Shown here: positions 15,373 through 22,823 of the stretch, one piece after another
How the letters are laid out: each line of letters starts with the position of its first letter
How positions within the stretch are numbered: position 1 is the stretch's first letter
Assembly (NCBI GenBank): GCA_021149145.1
Contig: GCA_021149145.1_4322.1
Strand: one strand, 5' to 3'
DNA from: a phage
Length of the DNA: 34,803 nucleotides
Notes under the pieces: model-generated
The model's database searches: none
The model's input: only the letters and a program-made list of their open reading frames with translations
What the model was told of the DNA's origin: nothing
Made by a program: the position numbers and the translations under genes

Positions 15373-15431
15373 TAATGCATTATAAGCGGCTATTGATATA
15401 ATGGCCGCTCAGAACAACACGGAGAGAAGTA
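15358..15431 (+). promoter_or_regulatory. promoter-leader cassette copy
   Basis: Reads AATAGCACTAATTGATAATGC..., TATAAT (flanked by GCGGC/GCCGC), then CAGAACAACACGGAGAGAAG and the ATG. Confidence 0.6.
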
Positions 15432-17015
15432 ATGTTTGATTTCAACGAAGATAAACTATCTGTTGAGCAGGTTATGGCAATCGCTGCCAATGACAACCTA
15501 CCACCGCTTCGCGTGGCTATTAATGCCAATGGCTATCGACAGTCTCAATCGTTCTGGAAAGCACCTGTCGAGATTGATACAGGTAATGATAAGTATCCAG
15601 TAATCTCACTCGGTAATGATATTGATGTTGTTGGTAAGCTATCGGCTAATATCGCTCGCTCGGTTCAGTTCCCTGAGTCGTCAGCTTACATGCACTTTCT
15701 TGGTTGTGTTTCTGCTGCAATGCTTGGGCGTTTTACTGTCGAGTATCATGGAACCCAACAGCCAACATCTTTGTACGTGGTAACAAGTCAGCCGCCTTCA
15801 ACTGGTAAATCAGCCATTAACTCGCTATCAATTGCGCCGATGATTGCTGAGACTGCGCGGTTGAATGAAGTACGTAAACGTGATCGAAAAAAGATTATGG
15901 CTAAACTGTCCGCTCTGGCTAAAGAGATGAAGCAGGAAAAATCACCTTCTGAAATGGCTTCACTTTTTGAGGAGAAGGAGGATTTAGAGGAGAAGCTCGA
16001 GAAGCTATGCGATATAGTATTCCCTGTCTCCGATACTACTCCGGAAGGTCTTGCGCGAATCAACAATCGCCAGGGTAGTTTTGCGGTAATCTCTGATGAG
16101 GCTACTAGCGTCAACTCACTGTTAGGCATGACTTACGGTGATGGCTCGAAGAAAACGAACAGCGAGCTCGTGCTGAAAGCATGGGATGCAGGTAATGTGT
16201 CAATTGCCCGTGCGAACGCAGAAAATAACATGAGCTTTGTGGCTATGGGATGCATCTCCGTAATTGCTCAGGATGAAACAATCAATGCCATTATGAATGC
16301 TGGTGCGCGTGGTATTGGTGTATCTGAGCGTTTCCTTCTGGTGCGTGAAAAATCATTTCTTGGCGACCGTGTATTTGTTGATGAAAATGGTGATTCAACC
16401 TATGAGGCTATTGATGGCGGCCTGAAAGCAGACTATTTCCGTCTTGTTCATGAGATTATGAATGAAGTTGAAGTGAAACTTACTGTAAGCGCGTCATCAA
16501 TGCGTTACCTTAACCGCGCTCGTCAAGAGATGGAGCCTCATCTTGGTGATGGTGGCAAGTATTCTCACACAATGTTGCGCGGTGCTCTTGGTAAGTTTGA
16601 TAAGCAAGCAATCCGCATCGCTTCTGTTCTGCACGTAATTCGTAACTGGTTCTCACCAGCCGGATCCAGCCCTCAAAAGTCAAGAGAGATTGAACTGGAT
16701 ACAATGCAGGAAGCGATTATGATTTTCAACGAACTAAGCAAGACTTATTTATCATCCGCTAGTGCTGCTGGTCATGCTGGTGACAATGCCGAGATGAACA
16801 AGCTGGTTGATATCCTGATTAAGCAGGGCAAGAATGGTAAAGGTGTTGTTGGTGTTCGCTCGTTGTATGAGGCTGCACGCAAGGTTAAACCTTTTGAAGG
16901 TCAGGCTGGAATTATGACTCGCATTAAGGACCACTTGATTCCTATGCTTGATGAGAAAAACTACACATGCCTGATTGGTGATAAAATTTACATTAATCCA
17001 CGATTGCTGGGGTAA
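15432..17015 (+). CDS. DUF3987/YfjI-like P-loop ATPase, putative replication protein
   Basis: 527 aa with Walker A SQPPSTGKSA and a Walker-B-like AVISDEA. It sits in the replication/early operon. Confidence 0.5.
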   Translation: MFDFNEDKLSVEQVMAIAANDNLPPLRVAINANGYRQSQSFWKAPVEIDTGNDKYPVISLGNDIDVVGKLSANIARSVQFPESSAYMHFLGCVSAAMLGRFTVEYHGTQQPTSLYVVTSQPPSTGKSAINSLSIAPMIAETARLNEVRKRDRKKIMAKLSALAKEMKQEKSPSEMASLFEEKEDLEEKLEKLCDIVFPVSDTTPEGLARINNRQGSFAVISDEATSVNSLLGMTYGDGSKKTNSELVLKAWDAGNVSIARANAENNMSFVAMGCISVIAQDETINAIMNAGARGIGVSERFLLVREKSFLGDRVFVDENGDSTYEAIDGGLKADYFRLVHEIMNEVEVKLTVSASSMRYLNRARQEMEPHLGDGGKYSHTMLRGALGKFDKQAIRIASVLHVIRNWFSPAGSSPQKSREIELDTMQEAIMIFNELSKTYLSSASAAGHAGDNAEMNKLVDILIKQGKNGKGVVGVRSLYEAARKVKPFEGQAGIMTRIKDHLIPMLDEKNYTCLIGDKIYINPRLLG

Positions 17016-17018
17016 TTT

Positions 17019-17360
17019 ATGTACCTGCTCGACCTGTATAATTTCTGCGAAGGATACAAGAACTTCAACCGCCAGCACCTGGCAAGATTCATCTATAAGC
17101 ACAAGGATTGCGCAAGGATGGCCAAGGCTGCCGGGGTTGATGAAAGGTATTTTGCCTCAAGTTGCTCGAAGGAGTTTATAGCGAGAATGCTTACGGCTGG
17201 GTATCTTGATGGGGTTAATGGAGTGTACTGGTGTAAGGGTTCAATTAAGCGACCATTTCAGTTTGAATTCATGAGCCTTGAAGGTAGGTCCAGTGATTAC
17301 GTCAGTGAGATGATGAACATAGCCAACATGAGTGATGACGAATTGTTTGCACAAAAATAG
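17019..17360 (+). CDS. hypothetical protein
   Basis: 113 aa, starting 1 nt after the upstream stop (TAA 17013-17015) and ending at the shared terminator. Confidence 0.5.
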   Translation: MYLLDLYNFCEGYKNFNRQHLARFIYKHKDCARMAKAAGVDERYFASSCSKEFIARMLTAGYLDGVNGVYWCKGSIKRPFQFEFMSLEGRSSDYVSEMMNIANMSDDELFAQK

Positions 17361-17381
17361 CCCCATTACGGGGCTTTTTTG
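17356..17381. terminator. terminator shared by convergent operons
   Basis: GCCCC-ATTAC-GGGGC followed by TTTTTT on the plus strand. The spanin stop codon (17366-17368) lies in the loop. Confidence 0.7.
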
Positions 17382-17752
17382 TTTTTCCTGAATATCATTA
17401 AGAGCAGAATGATGATGACGCAAAACATGATTCCACTCCCAATCCACGGGATTGCAGACGAATCATTGTTGGTGATTTCAATCTTCTCAGCCGTGATTGT
17501 TGATGCCTTGATTGAGTTATCAGAAGTCTTTTTACCGCTTGAACTATCAAGAGTGTCAACCTTAGAGTTCTTCACTTCAGCCTTTGCGCTGGAACTTGAA
17601 TCAACCTTATTAGTTAGCCCTACTCCAACCTTGTTATTCTCCGCACCTGCTTGAGCGCTAATCTCTGGCTTACTACCAATCAACCCGGCCAGCGCAGATG
17701 TTGCCGAGCAACCAGAAAGCAGAATTACCGCAGCAATTAATACAGCCTTCAT
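17366..17752 (-). CDS. unimolecular spanin (T1 gp11-type)
   Basis: N-terminal lipobox LLSGC, a Ser/Lys-rich periplasmic body and a C-terminal TM helix (GIMFCVIIILLLMIF). It is the last gene of the lysis cassette and overlaps the endolysin stop. Confidence 0.75.
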   Translation of the reverse strand: MKAVLIAAVILLSGCSATSALAGLIGSKPEISAQAGAENNKVGVGLTNKVDSSSSAKAEVKNSKVDTLDSSSGKKTSDNSIKASTITAEKIEITNNDSSAIPWIGSGIMFCVIIILLLMIFRKNKKAP

Positions 17753-18234
17753 TTACCCACCCCACTTAAGCATAATTTAATCTCCTCGTTGCGCCTGTTA
17801 ACGAGGCCTTTAACAACTTTTAGCTTGCCATTTACTCGAGCTTTATTCCAGGAGGCGAGAGCATTACAACCCTCTTCAATCTTGCCCTGATTAATCAGCT
17901 TAACAGCTGTTGACTTCCTCATTGCAGAACCGCCAACGTTGTAGCTAAAGCTGATTAACGCAGCCCTTGTTTCTGCAGCAATTGGATATGTAACTGCATC
18001 CTGCACATACTTGCCATGAATCTGAATGTGCTTCTCCAGTAAGTTCCTGCACTCCCTTGCACTGTACTTTTTACCCCACACTACATCAGGACCAGTGATA
18101 CCTGAACAAACCGTAGGAATGCCTGAAATGTCCATGTAAGGCCTGTATTCCACACCTTCTACTAGCTCAATAATCGGCGCTGCGATGTATATTGCCACAG
18201 CCGTCGCTGCACTAATTAACAACTTCCGCTTCAT
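17749..18234 (-). CDS. SAR endolysin (GH24 lysozyme-like)
   Basis: N-terminal weakly hydrophobic signal-anchor LLISAATAVAIYIAAPII, then an E-x8-D-x5-T catalytic spacing (EGVEYRPYMDISGIPT). Confidence 0.75.
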   Translation of the reverse strand: MKRKLLISAATAVAIYIAAPIIELVEGVEYRPYMDISGIPTVCSGITGPDVVWGKKYSARECRNLLEKHIQIHGKYVQDAVTYPIAAETRAALISFSYNVGGSAMRKSTAVKLINQGKIEEGCNALASWNKARVNGKLKVVKGLVNRRNEEIKLCLSGVGK

Positions 18235-18449
18235 TGCTTACTCCTGATATTGATAGCTGTCTTTAAATCACCCGACTCTAGAGCCTTCCTGATTGCCTGA
18301 CTGTCCTTAAACCTCCAATATGCTTCCCACAGCCAGAAAACAACAAAAGCCACAGTGCTGATTATTGCTATAGTCATTTGACCAGTTGCGGCACCAGTTA
18401 CAGCGGCCCCGCAGGTTGATGCCGTGGCGGCGTTAATTACTTCCCTCAT
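18231..18449 (-). CDS. holin
   Basis: The ATG at 18449 follows AAAGGTGA. The 72-aa protein has the hydrophobic helix MTIAIISTVAFVVFWLW and a charged C-terminus. It overlaps the endolysin start. Confidence 0.65.
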   Translation of the reverse strand: MREVINAATASTCGAAVTGAATGQMTIAIISTVAFVVFWLWEAYWRFKDSQAIRKALESGDLKTAINIRSKQ

Positions 18450-18525
18450 GTGATCACCTTTAAATCCTAATTTGTCAATACATAGTGCAAATATCATATA
18501 TTAGCACTTTCTGAATTGTAAGCAC

Positions 18526-18549
18526 AAAAAAAGGGAGCCAAAGGCCCCC
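18526..18549 (-). terminator. rho-independent terminator
   Basis: Minus strand reads GGGGGCC-TTT-GGCTCCC (one G-U pair) followed by TTTTTTT. It lies between the 57-aa ORF and the holin. Confidence 0.6.
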
Positions 18550-18576
18550 TGCTTGCAAATCTATGTTTTGTATATT

Positions 18577-18750
18577 CTATTCTGCGATAATAAATTCCAC
18601 CAAAGAGCCATCAATTGGCGCCAGGATGTGAGTCATATCGTCTCCGTAAATCTTGTAGTAACCATCTCCAAGCGACTCTCCGCTATAAGGTTGGCTCTCG
18701 GTAAAAGGCAGTGTCTTGGAGTTGTTTTTAACGCAGTATAATTTAGTCAT
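18577..18750 (-). CDS. 57-aa hypothetical protein (below the ORF-track cutoff)
   Basis: Translation is MTKLYCVKNNSKTLPFTESQPYSGESLGDGYYKIYGDDMTHILAPIDGSLVEFIIAE. It is a single gene between a cassette copy and a terminator. Confidence 0.5.
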   Translation of the reverse strand: MTKLYCVKNNSKTLPFTESQPYSGESLGDGYYKIYGDDMTHILAPIDGSLVEFIIAE

Positions 18751-18827
18751 TTTCGAACCCTCTGTTGTTTTCGATGTTGTGATTATGCCGCATCTCTACG
18801 GCGATTGTTTAGCAATTCGTGCTATTG
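18751..18827 (-). promoter_or_regulatory. promoter-leader cassette copy
   Basis: Minus strand reads AATAGCACGAATTGCTAAACAA..., CATAAT, then CACAACATCGAAAACAACAGAGGG and the ATG. Confidence 0.6.
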
Positions 18828-19363
18828 ATCACATCAATTACTATTTCTGTGGTTCTTTTAATATCACCTTCAATAACATCAATATCAATCTCCCTGGCGC
18901 AGACACCACTAAGATACGACCTACTATCTCCTTCGAAAGTGTATCCATGTCGATGAAGTCTAATTAATGTAACTTCAACACCTTCATCAATTAGTGGCTT
19001 AATCTCACTCGCGAACCCACCATCAGAACAAATGTAGCATCCATCACCAAGTGATTGCGCGAGCCTTTTACCAAAAACATCATCGCCAAAAACTGGCTTC
19101 ATCACTGATTCGCTAATCCAAATCATAAATTCACGAACAGTCATTCCACCAAGAAATTCGTGTGGTGATTCTTTGTACCCTCGGTCATCGTAATTATTAA
19201 TAAATCCATCAAACTCATCGCTTGATAGTATTCCTTTTGCAACATTAAACATTGGTGACTTGAATGAAACCTTATCCTTGCAAATTCCAAGATTAACAAT
19301 GATATCTGCAACTGTATCTTTTCCAGCACCAGGGGGTGCATTAATGATGATTAACTTTTTCAT
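18809..19363 (-). CDS. P-loop kinase, dNMP-kinase-like
   Basis: The start MKKLIIINAPPGAGKDT at 19363 has an N-terminal Walker A with the GKDT ending seen in T4/T5 dNMP kinases. The C-terminus INSTNC is encoded by the box. Confidence 0.55.
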   Translation of the reverse strand: MKKLIIINAPPGAGKDTVADIIVNLGICKDKVSFKSPMFNVAKGILSSDEFDGFINNYDDRGYKESPHEFLGGMTVREFMIWISESVMKPVFGDDVFGKRLAQSLGDGCYICSDGGFASEIKPLIDEGVEVTLIRLHRHGYTFEGDSRSYLSGVCAREIDIDVIEGDIKRTTEIVIDVINSTNC

Positions 19364-19364
19364 T

Positions 19365-19827
19365 TTATTCTCTGTGAGATTCGCAGTCTTTTGGTAATTC
19401 TTTATATTCACAAACTGACATTACAGTATATCCGCAATTCCTTAGGTGACTGATAACATTAGGATTATCCTCAAAGATTATCACACTTGCTTTGTCACCA
19501 TTACACAAATCATTTAGCCACATCTCTTTAATGATATAGTCATTTCTGTTATCCAATCTACTCCTCATATATATTCCATCATAATTAATATTATTATACT
19601 GAAGCCATTCAAGCGTCATACATTCGACTTCGTCACTTCTTGAAGTCATGATGTAAACTGGCGATAACTCAGCTAACGCATTCATCATGTATTATAGGTG
19701 AATCTCCAGAACAGGCTCTATTGTAATCACCCCAACTTGAAGTCAAGTGAAGGTCACTAGATGGTAAGAGGTAGCTTCTATGTTCATTGTTAGCAATAGT
19801 TCCATCAATATCAAACACGTAAATCAT
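19365..19827 (-). pseudogene. HAD-family phosphatase (Pnkp 3'-phosphatase-like) split by a 1-nt frameshift
   Basis: Fragment 19827-19669 reads MIYVFDIDGTIANNEHR... (HAD motif I) and stops. The ORF 19688-19365 in the next frame carries motifs II (IMTSR), III (K in IIKEMW) and IV (FEDNPN). The frames switch within CATGATGAATG. Confidence 0.6.
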
Positions 19828-19904
19828 TACAACTCCTCATCTCGTTATCGTTTATTCATTTTGCCTCAATCCTTTGAGGCTTTATTAACAAAAAAGTGCT
19901 ACTT
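19828..19904 (-). promoter_or_regulatory. promoter-leader cassette copy (variant)
   Basis: Minus strand reads AGTAGCACTTTTTTGTTAATAAA, the hairpin GCCTCAA-AGGA-TTGAGGC, ATGAAT, then AAACGATAACGAGATGAGGAG and the ATG. Confidence 0.5.
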
Positions 19905-21036
19905 AGAACATCTCAGGGCGACAAATAAATCGACCAACCTCACCAAAACGCTTATGGTAAACGATTACCGCTGCTTGACGCATTGAGCGCCATCCTCCAT
20001 TAGCTGAGTAGGCATCTGGCGCGCCAAGCTGACCATGAACTTCATCGATACCCAGGTTTGTTTCTGTAATTTTCTGACTATGCCAGTGGCCCGAGTGTGT
20101 ATAGACATATTTGCTGTTACCGAATAGTTTACGAAAGTCTGTAGCCATTACTGTAAGTCGAGTTTCAGCTTTTCGCATCTGGTGACCATGAGTATAACCA
20201 ATCAATGTTGAGCCGAAGCTTGTCATCAGCATTGCTGCTGGGCTTACGTCGACAGTAACTCGCTCCTCGTCTTCATAGAATGCCGCCAATGCTGCACGCA
20301 ACCAAACCATCCCAGCTTCGTCGTGATTTCCACTTATTACTTTAATATCAATGATTTGGTGCTTCTCAAGCATCCTTGAAACCGCACGACGCACTGAGCG
20401 GATTGCTACGTAAACCAATTTAGCATAGCGACTGTCGCTGTCTAAGATATGTCCTGATGCTGGTGTTTTAGCCTCTAGAGAGTCGTAATGCAGAAAATCA
20501 CCCCCCAAAACTAATGTCGCATTTCTTGATTTAGGAGCCTTATCTACAGCATAATCAAAGAAGCCATTCATTACCTTCTCTGCTGTTGCAGTGTCGTAGT
20601 TTTCACCGCACTCATGCTTATGAGCCATTGCGCCAATGTGAAGGTCGAAAACAGGATACATAGCCATAGTGTCATCGTCAAAATCAATGTCTGGGCACTC
20701 GCTGGCAATTGCCTTTGGTAAATCAGAACAGAAGGCTTCACGCGCTTGCTCAAGCAGAATCTCAAGGCGTTCATTATCAACGCTTGTCTTAACCCACCGG
20801 ATTTTCTCATTCCCTTCCGCATCAATCATGGTAGAAGTGCCTTTTACCATGTATCCATCTGGCACTAGCTTCTTGATACCTTCATTACCATGCCCAACAC
20901 CACTCTTGGCTAACTTGCTGCGACGAAGCTCAACGTTGCGAATGTTCATGCCGTACTTCTCTGCAATTGCCTTGTTAGTCAGGCCATTCTTCAATTCTTC
21001 AGTTAACTGTTCATTTGTAATCTTTGCTACTGCCAT
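19903..21036 (-). CDS. HTH domain fused to a calcineurin-like metallophosphoesterase
   Basis: The N-terminus has LTNKAIAEKYGMNIRNVELRRSKL. The remainder has the phosphoesterase motifs DLHIG, GGDFLH, GNHD and GHxH (THGH, HSGHWH). Confidence 0.65.
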   Translation of the reverse strand: MAVAKITNEQLTEELKNGLTNKAIAEKYGMNIRNVELRRSKLAKSGVGHGNEGIKKLVPDGYMVKGTSTMIDAEGNEKIRWVKTSVDNERLEILLEQAREAFCSDLPKAIASECPDIDFDDDTMAMYPVFDLHIGAMAHKHECGENYDTATAEKVMNGFFDYAVDKAPKSRNATLVLGGDFLHYDSLEAKTPASGHILDSDSRYAKLVYVAIRSVRRAVSRMLEKHQIIDIKVISGNHDEAGMVWLRAALAAFYEDEERVTVDVSPAAMLMTSFGSTLIGYTHGHQMRKAETRLTVMATDFRKLFGNSKYVYTHSGHWHSQKITETNLGIDEVHGQLGAPDAYSANGGWRSMRQAAVIVYHKRFGEVGRFICRPEMF

Positions 21037-21085
21037 TTTTAAGTCCTTAGTTCATCACGATAAAATATAAGATAGTAAAGCTAAA

Positions 21086-21104
21086 CAGTGGCACTAATGC
21101 TACT
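21086..21104. promoter_or_regulatory. degenerate copy of the palindromic box
   Basis: CAGTGGCACTAATGCTACT lies in the 81-nt gap upstream of the phosphoesterase gene. On the minus strand it is followed by TTTAGC...TATATT. Confidence 0.35.
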
Positions 21105-21117
21105 GGGGCGGCGTACT

Positions 21118-21369
21118 TCATACAACCTCTTTCAGCCAGTAATCAATTAAATCAGCACTAATTGCTAATTTTTGGTCCAGGTCTGTCATGCACAGATTAC
21201 CGCACGCTGGAGAGTAGTAAATCTGTACCCATTTACCGTCCTTCGTCTTCGCGTTAACATCCACATAGTCAGGTGGAAACCAGTCATCAATAGGTATCGC
21301 TCTAAACTTCTTCCCACTATCACTATGCACTAAATTATAATGCTCAGGCTGAAAATCTAATCCCAACAT
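21118..21369 (-). CDS. hypothetical protein
   Basis: 83-aa ORF. Confidence 0.45.
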   Translation of the reverse strand: MLGLDFQPEHYNLVHSDSGKKFRAIPIDDWFPPDYVDVNAKTKDGKWVQIYYSPACGNLCMTDLDQKLAISADLIDYWLKEVV

Positions 21370-21371
21370 AA

Positions 21372-21614
21372 CTAAACCTTCGTTATCTTAAATTTGAATC
21401 CCTTCTCTTTCAGGAACTCATTCGTGTTTATCGTGACGCCAGGTTTAACCCTGACATACTTGCGCGGCCTTTCATCCATGTACGTAAACTTACCGTTGAA
21501 GATGACACTGATATCTTTTATATCGAAGTACTTAGATATCATCTTAATGTCGTCCTGAATGCCAGCATCTGCGCAGTGGGCCCAGACTGCGGCCCGTCCT
21601 GTTTCAACTATCAT
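21372..21614 (-). CDS. hypothetical protein
   Basis: 80-aa ORF whose ATG overlaps the upstream stop (ATGA). Confidence 0.45.
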   Translation of the reverse strand: MIVETGRAAVWAHCADAGIQDDIKMISKYFDIKDISVIFNGKFTYMDERPRKYVRVKPGVTINTNEFLKEKGFKFKITKV

Positions 21615-21736
21615 AAGCCGTATGCCATTTTCAGGTATTCTTTAGCACACATCCATGACCATTCTGATTTATTCTTAACAGCATCAATAGCGTAAACCTG
21701 TGCAATATCGAGCATCTCTTTATCTACAATTTTCAT
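21611..21736 (-). CDS. 41-aa hypothetical protein (below the ORF-track cutoff)
   Basis: Translation is MKIVDKEMLDIAQVYAIDAVKNKSEWSWMCAKEYLKMAYGL, with ATGA coupling at both ends. Confidence 0.4.
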   Translation of the reverse strand: MKIVDKEMLDIAQVYAIDAVKNKSEWSWMCAKEYLKMAYGL

Positions 21737-21903
21737 CAGTTCAATACCTCACATTCAAAACTAAAAACAATCATATCGTCATAATCAGTTAAGTAGAAAG
21801 CTGTGCCATCAAAGCTCTTCTCAGCCTCAAGCACGGTTTTACCGCCATTGCTTTTAATCCAGTTCGATAATGCCATCGTTGGGTTTGTTATTACGATTTT
21901 CAT
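21736..21903 (-). CDS. 55-aa hypothetical protein (below the ORF-track cutoff)
   Basis: Translation is MKIVITNPTMALSNWIKSNGGKTVLEAEKSFDGTAFYLTDYDDMIVFSFECEVLN, with TAATG coupling upstream. Confidence 0.4.
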   Translation of the reverse strand: MKIVITNPTMALSNWIKSNGGKTVLEAEKSFDGTAFYLTDYDDMIVFSFECEVLN

Positions 21904-22124
21904 TATTCAAAATCCCCCTTGCAATCTTTCTTCATCTCTGCAATATCTGCAACCATGCGGTCGCGCCACGTCTCGATATCAGTTCGCAAGTAATCTTCTT
22001 CAAAACTGTAATCAAGGCACCGGGCCAAATCCCAAACATCACCTTTATATCCAGCCTTGTGTAATTCCTGGGCCGCCATCGCCTGAAAGAGTTCCCATTG
22101 CTTGTCAAAAGTTAAAATTGCCAT
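21903..22124 (-). CDS. hypothetical protein
   Basis: 73-aa ORF. Confidence 0.45.
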   Translation of the reverse strand: MAILTFDKQWELFQAMAAQELHKAGYKGDVWDLARCLDYSFEEDYLRTDIETWRDRMVADIAEMKKDCKGDFE

Positions 22125-22129
22125 TACTC

Positions 22130-22324
22130 CTATACCTCATCAAATTTTTCGCCGAATTCGTTTTTAACAGTTTCCAGATCATGTTTGTAAGTTGGGCTAA
22201 CTTCGAATGCATATGTGCAGTCTTCAATGTCAACCAAAACATAACCATCTTCAGTTACTTGCATCTCGTAGATGTAGCCAGTCTTGCGTGATTCGTAGAA
22301 TTTACCAGTATAGATAGTAGCCAT
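22130..22324 (-). CDS. hypothetical protein
   Basis: 64-aa ORF, the first gene after a cassette copy. Confidence 0.5.
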   Translation of the reverse strand: MATIYTGKFYESRKTGYIYEMQVTEDGYVLVDIEDCTYAFEVSPTYKHDLETVKNEFGEKFDEV

Positions 22325-22409
22325 TTTCTTTCTCTCTTTGTGTGTTTCGTTTCGATGAGTTGATAATACACCAACTCACCAGTTCGTCTTTGGAAATTCG
22401 TGCTATTTT
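22325..22409 (-). promoter_or_regulatory. promoter-leader cassette copy
   Basis: Minus strand reads AATAGCACGAATTTCCAAAGACG, 16 nt, TATTAT, then CAACTCATCGAAACGAAACACACAAAGAGAG and the ATG. The TAG in the box is the VRR-NUC stop. Confidence 0.6.
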
Positions 22410-22822
22410 CTTATCATCTCTGCGAATGCCGCAAGAAAACCCTCTCTTCCATAAGCCACCGCTGCGAAACCGCCTGATTCACTTACGCTTTTTAGGAATG
22501 ACTTTTGCTCATTGCTAACTGGGCTTGCTTGCGTTTTACCAGCCCTCTTTAACTCTATGGCGCCAAATGGATAACCGCCACGCAATGACTCAGGTATCAG
22601 AAATAAGCAGTCTGACACACCTTTGAGAAGCCCCTTGGCTTGGTCTTTTCTTGCTTGACCAATGCTCTTTTTATTTTCGTTAATCGTGTGCCAGTAAACA
22701 ATCTGCGGATAGTTGTATTTCACCCAATCAGAGCAGAAGATTTGTTCATCGTCTTCCTTTGGGCATGACTTCACCGGTCCGCCATAGAACTCGAGGTAAT
22801 CACCTTTGTCTGTGATTTTCAT
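22403..22822 (-). CDS. VRR-NUC domain nuclease
   Basis: PD-(D/E)xK core: GVSDCLF...GAIELKR...SNEQKSF. Confidence 0.65.
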   Translation of the reverse strand: MKITDKGDYLEFYGGPVKSCPKEDDEQIFCSDWVKYNYPQIVYWHTINENKKSIGQARKDQAKGLLKGVSDCLFLIPESLRGGYPFGAIELKRAGKTQASPVSNEQKSFLKSVSESGGFAAVAYGREGFLAAFAEMIRK

Positions 22823-22823
22823 A

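Noticed and set aside
21803-22291. 162-aa plus-strand ORF
   Set aside because: It runs antisense across three tightly coupled minus-strand genes (21736-21903, 21903-22124, 22130-22324). It has a hydrophobic, low-complexity composition and no SD.
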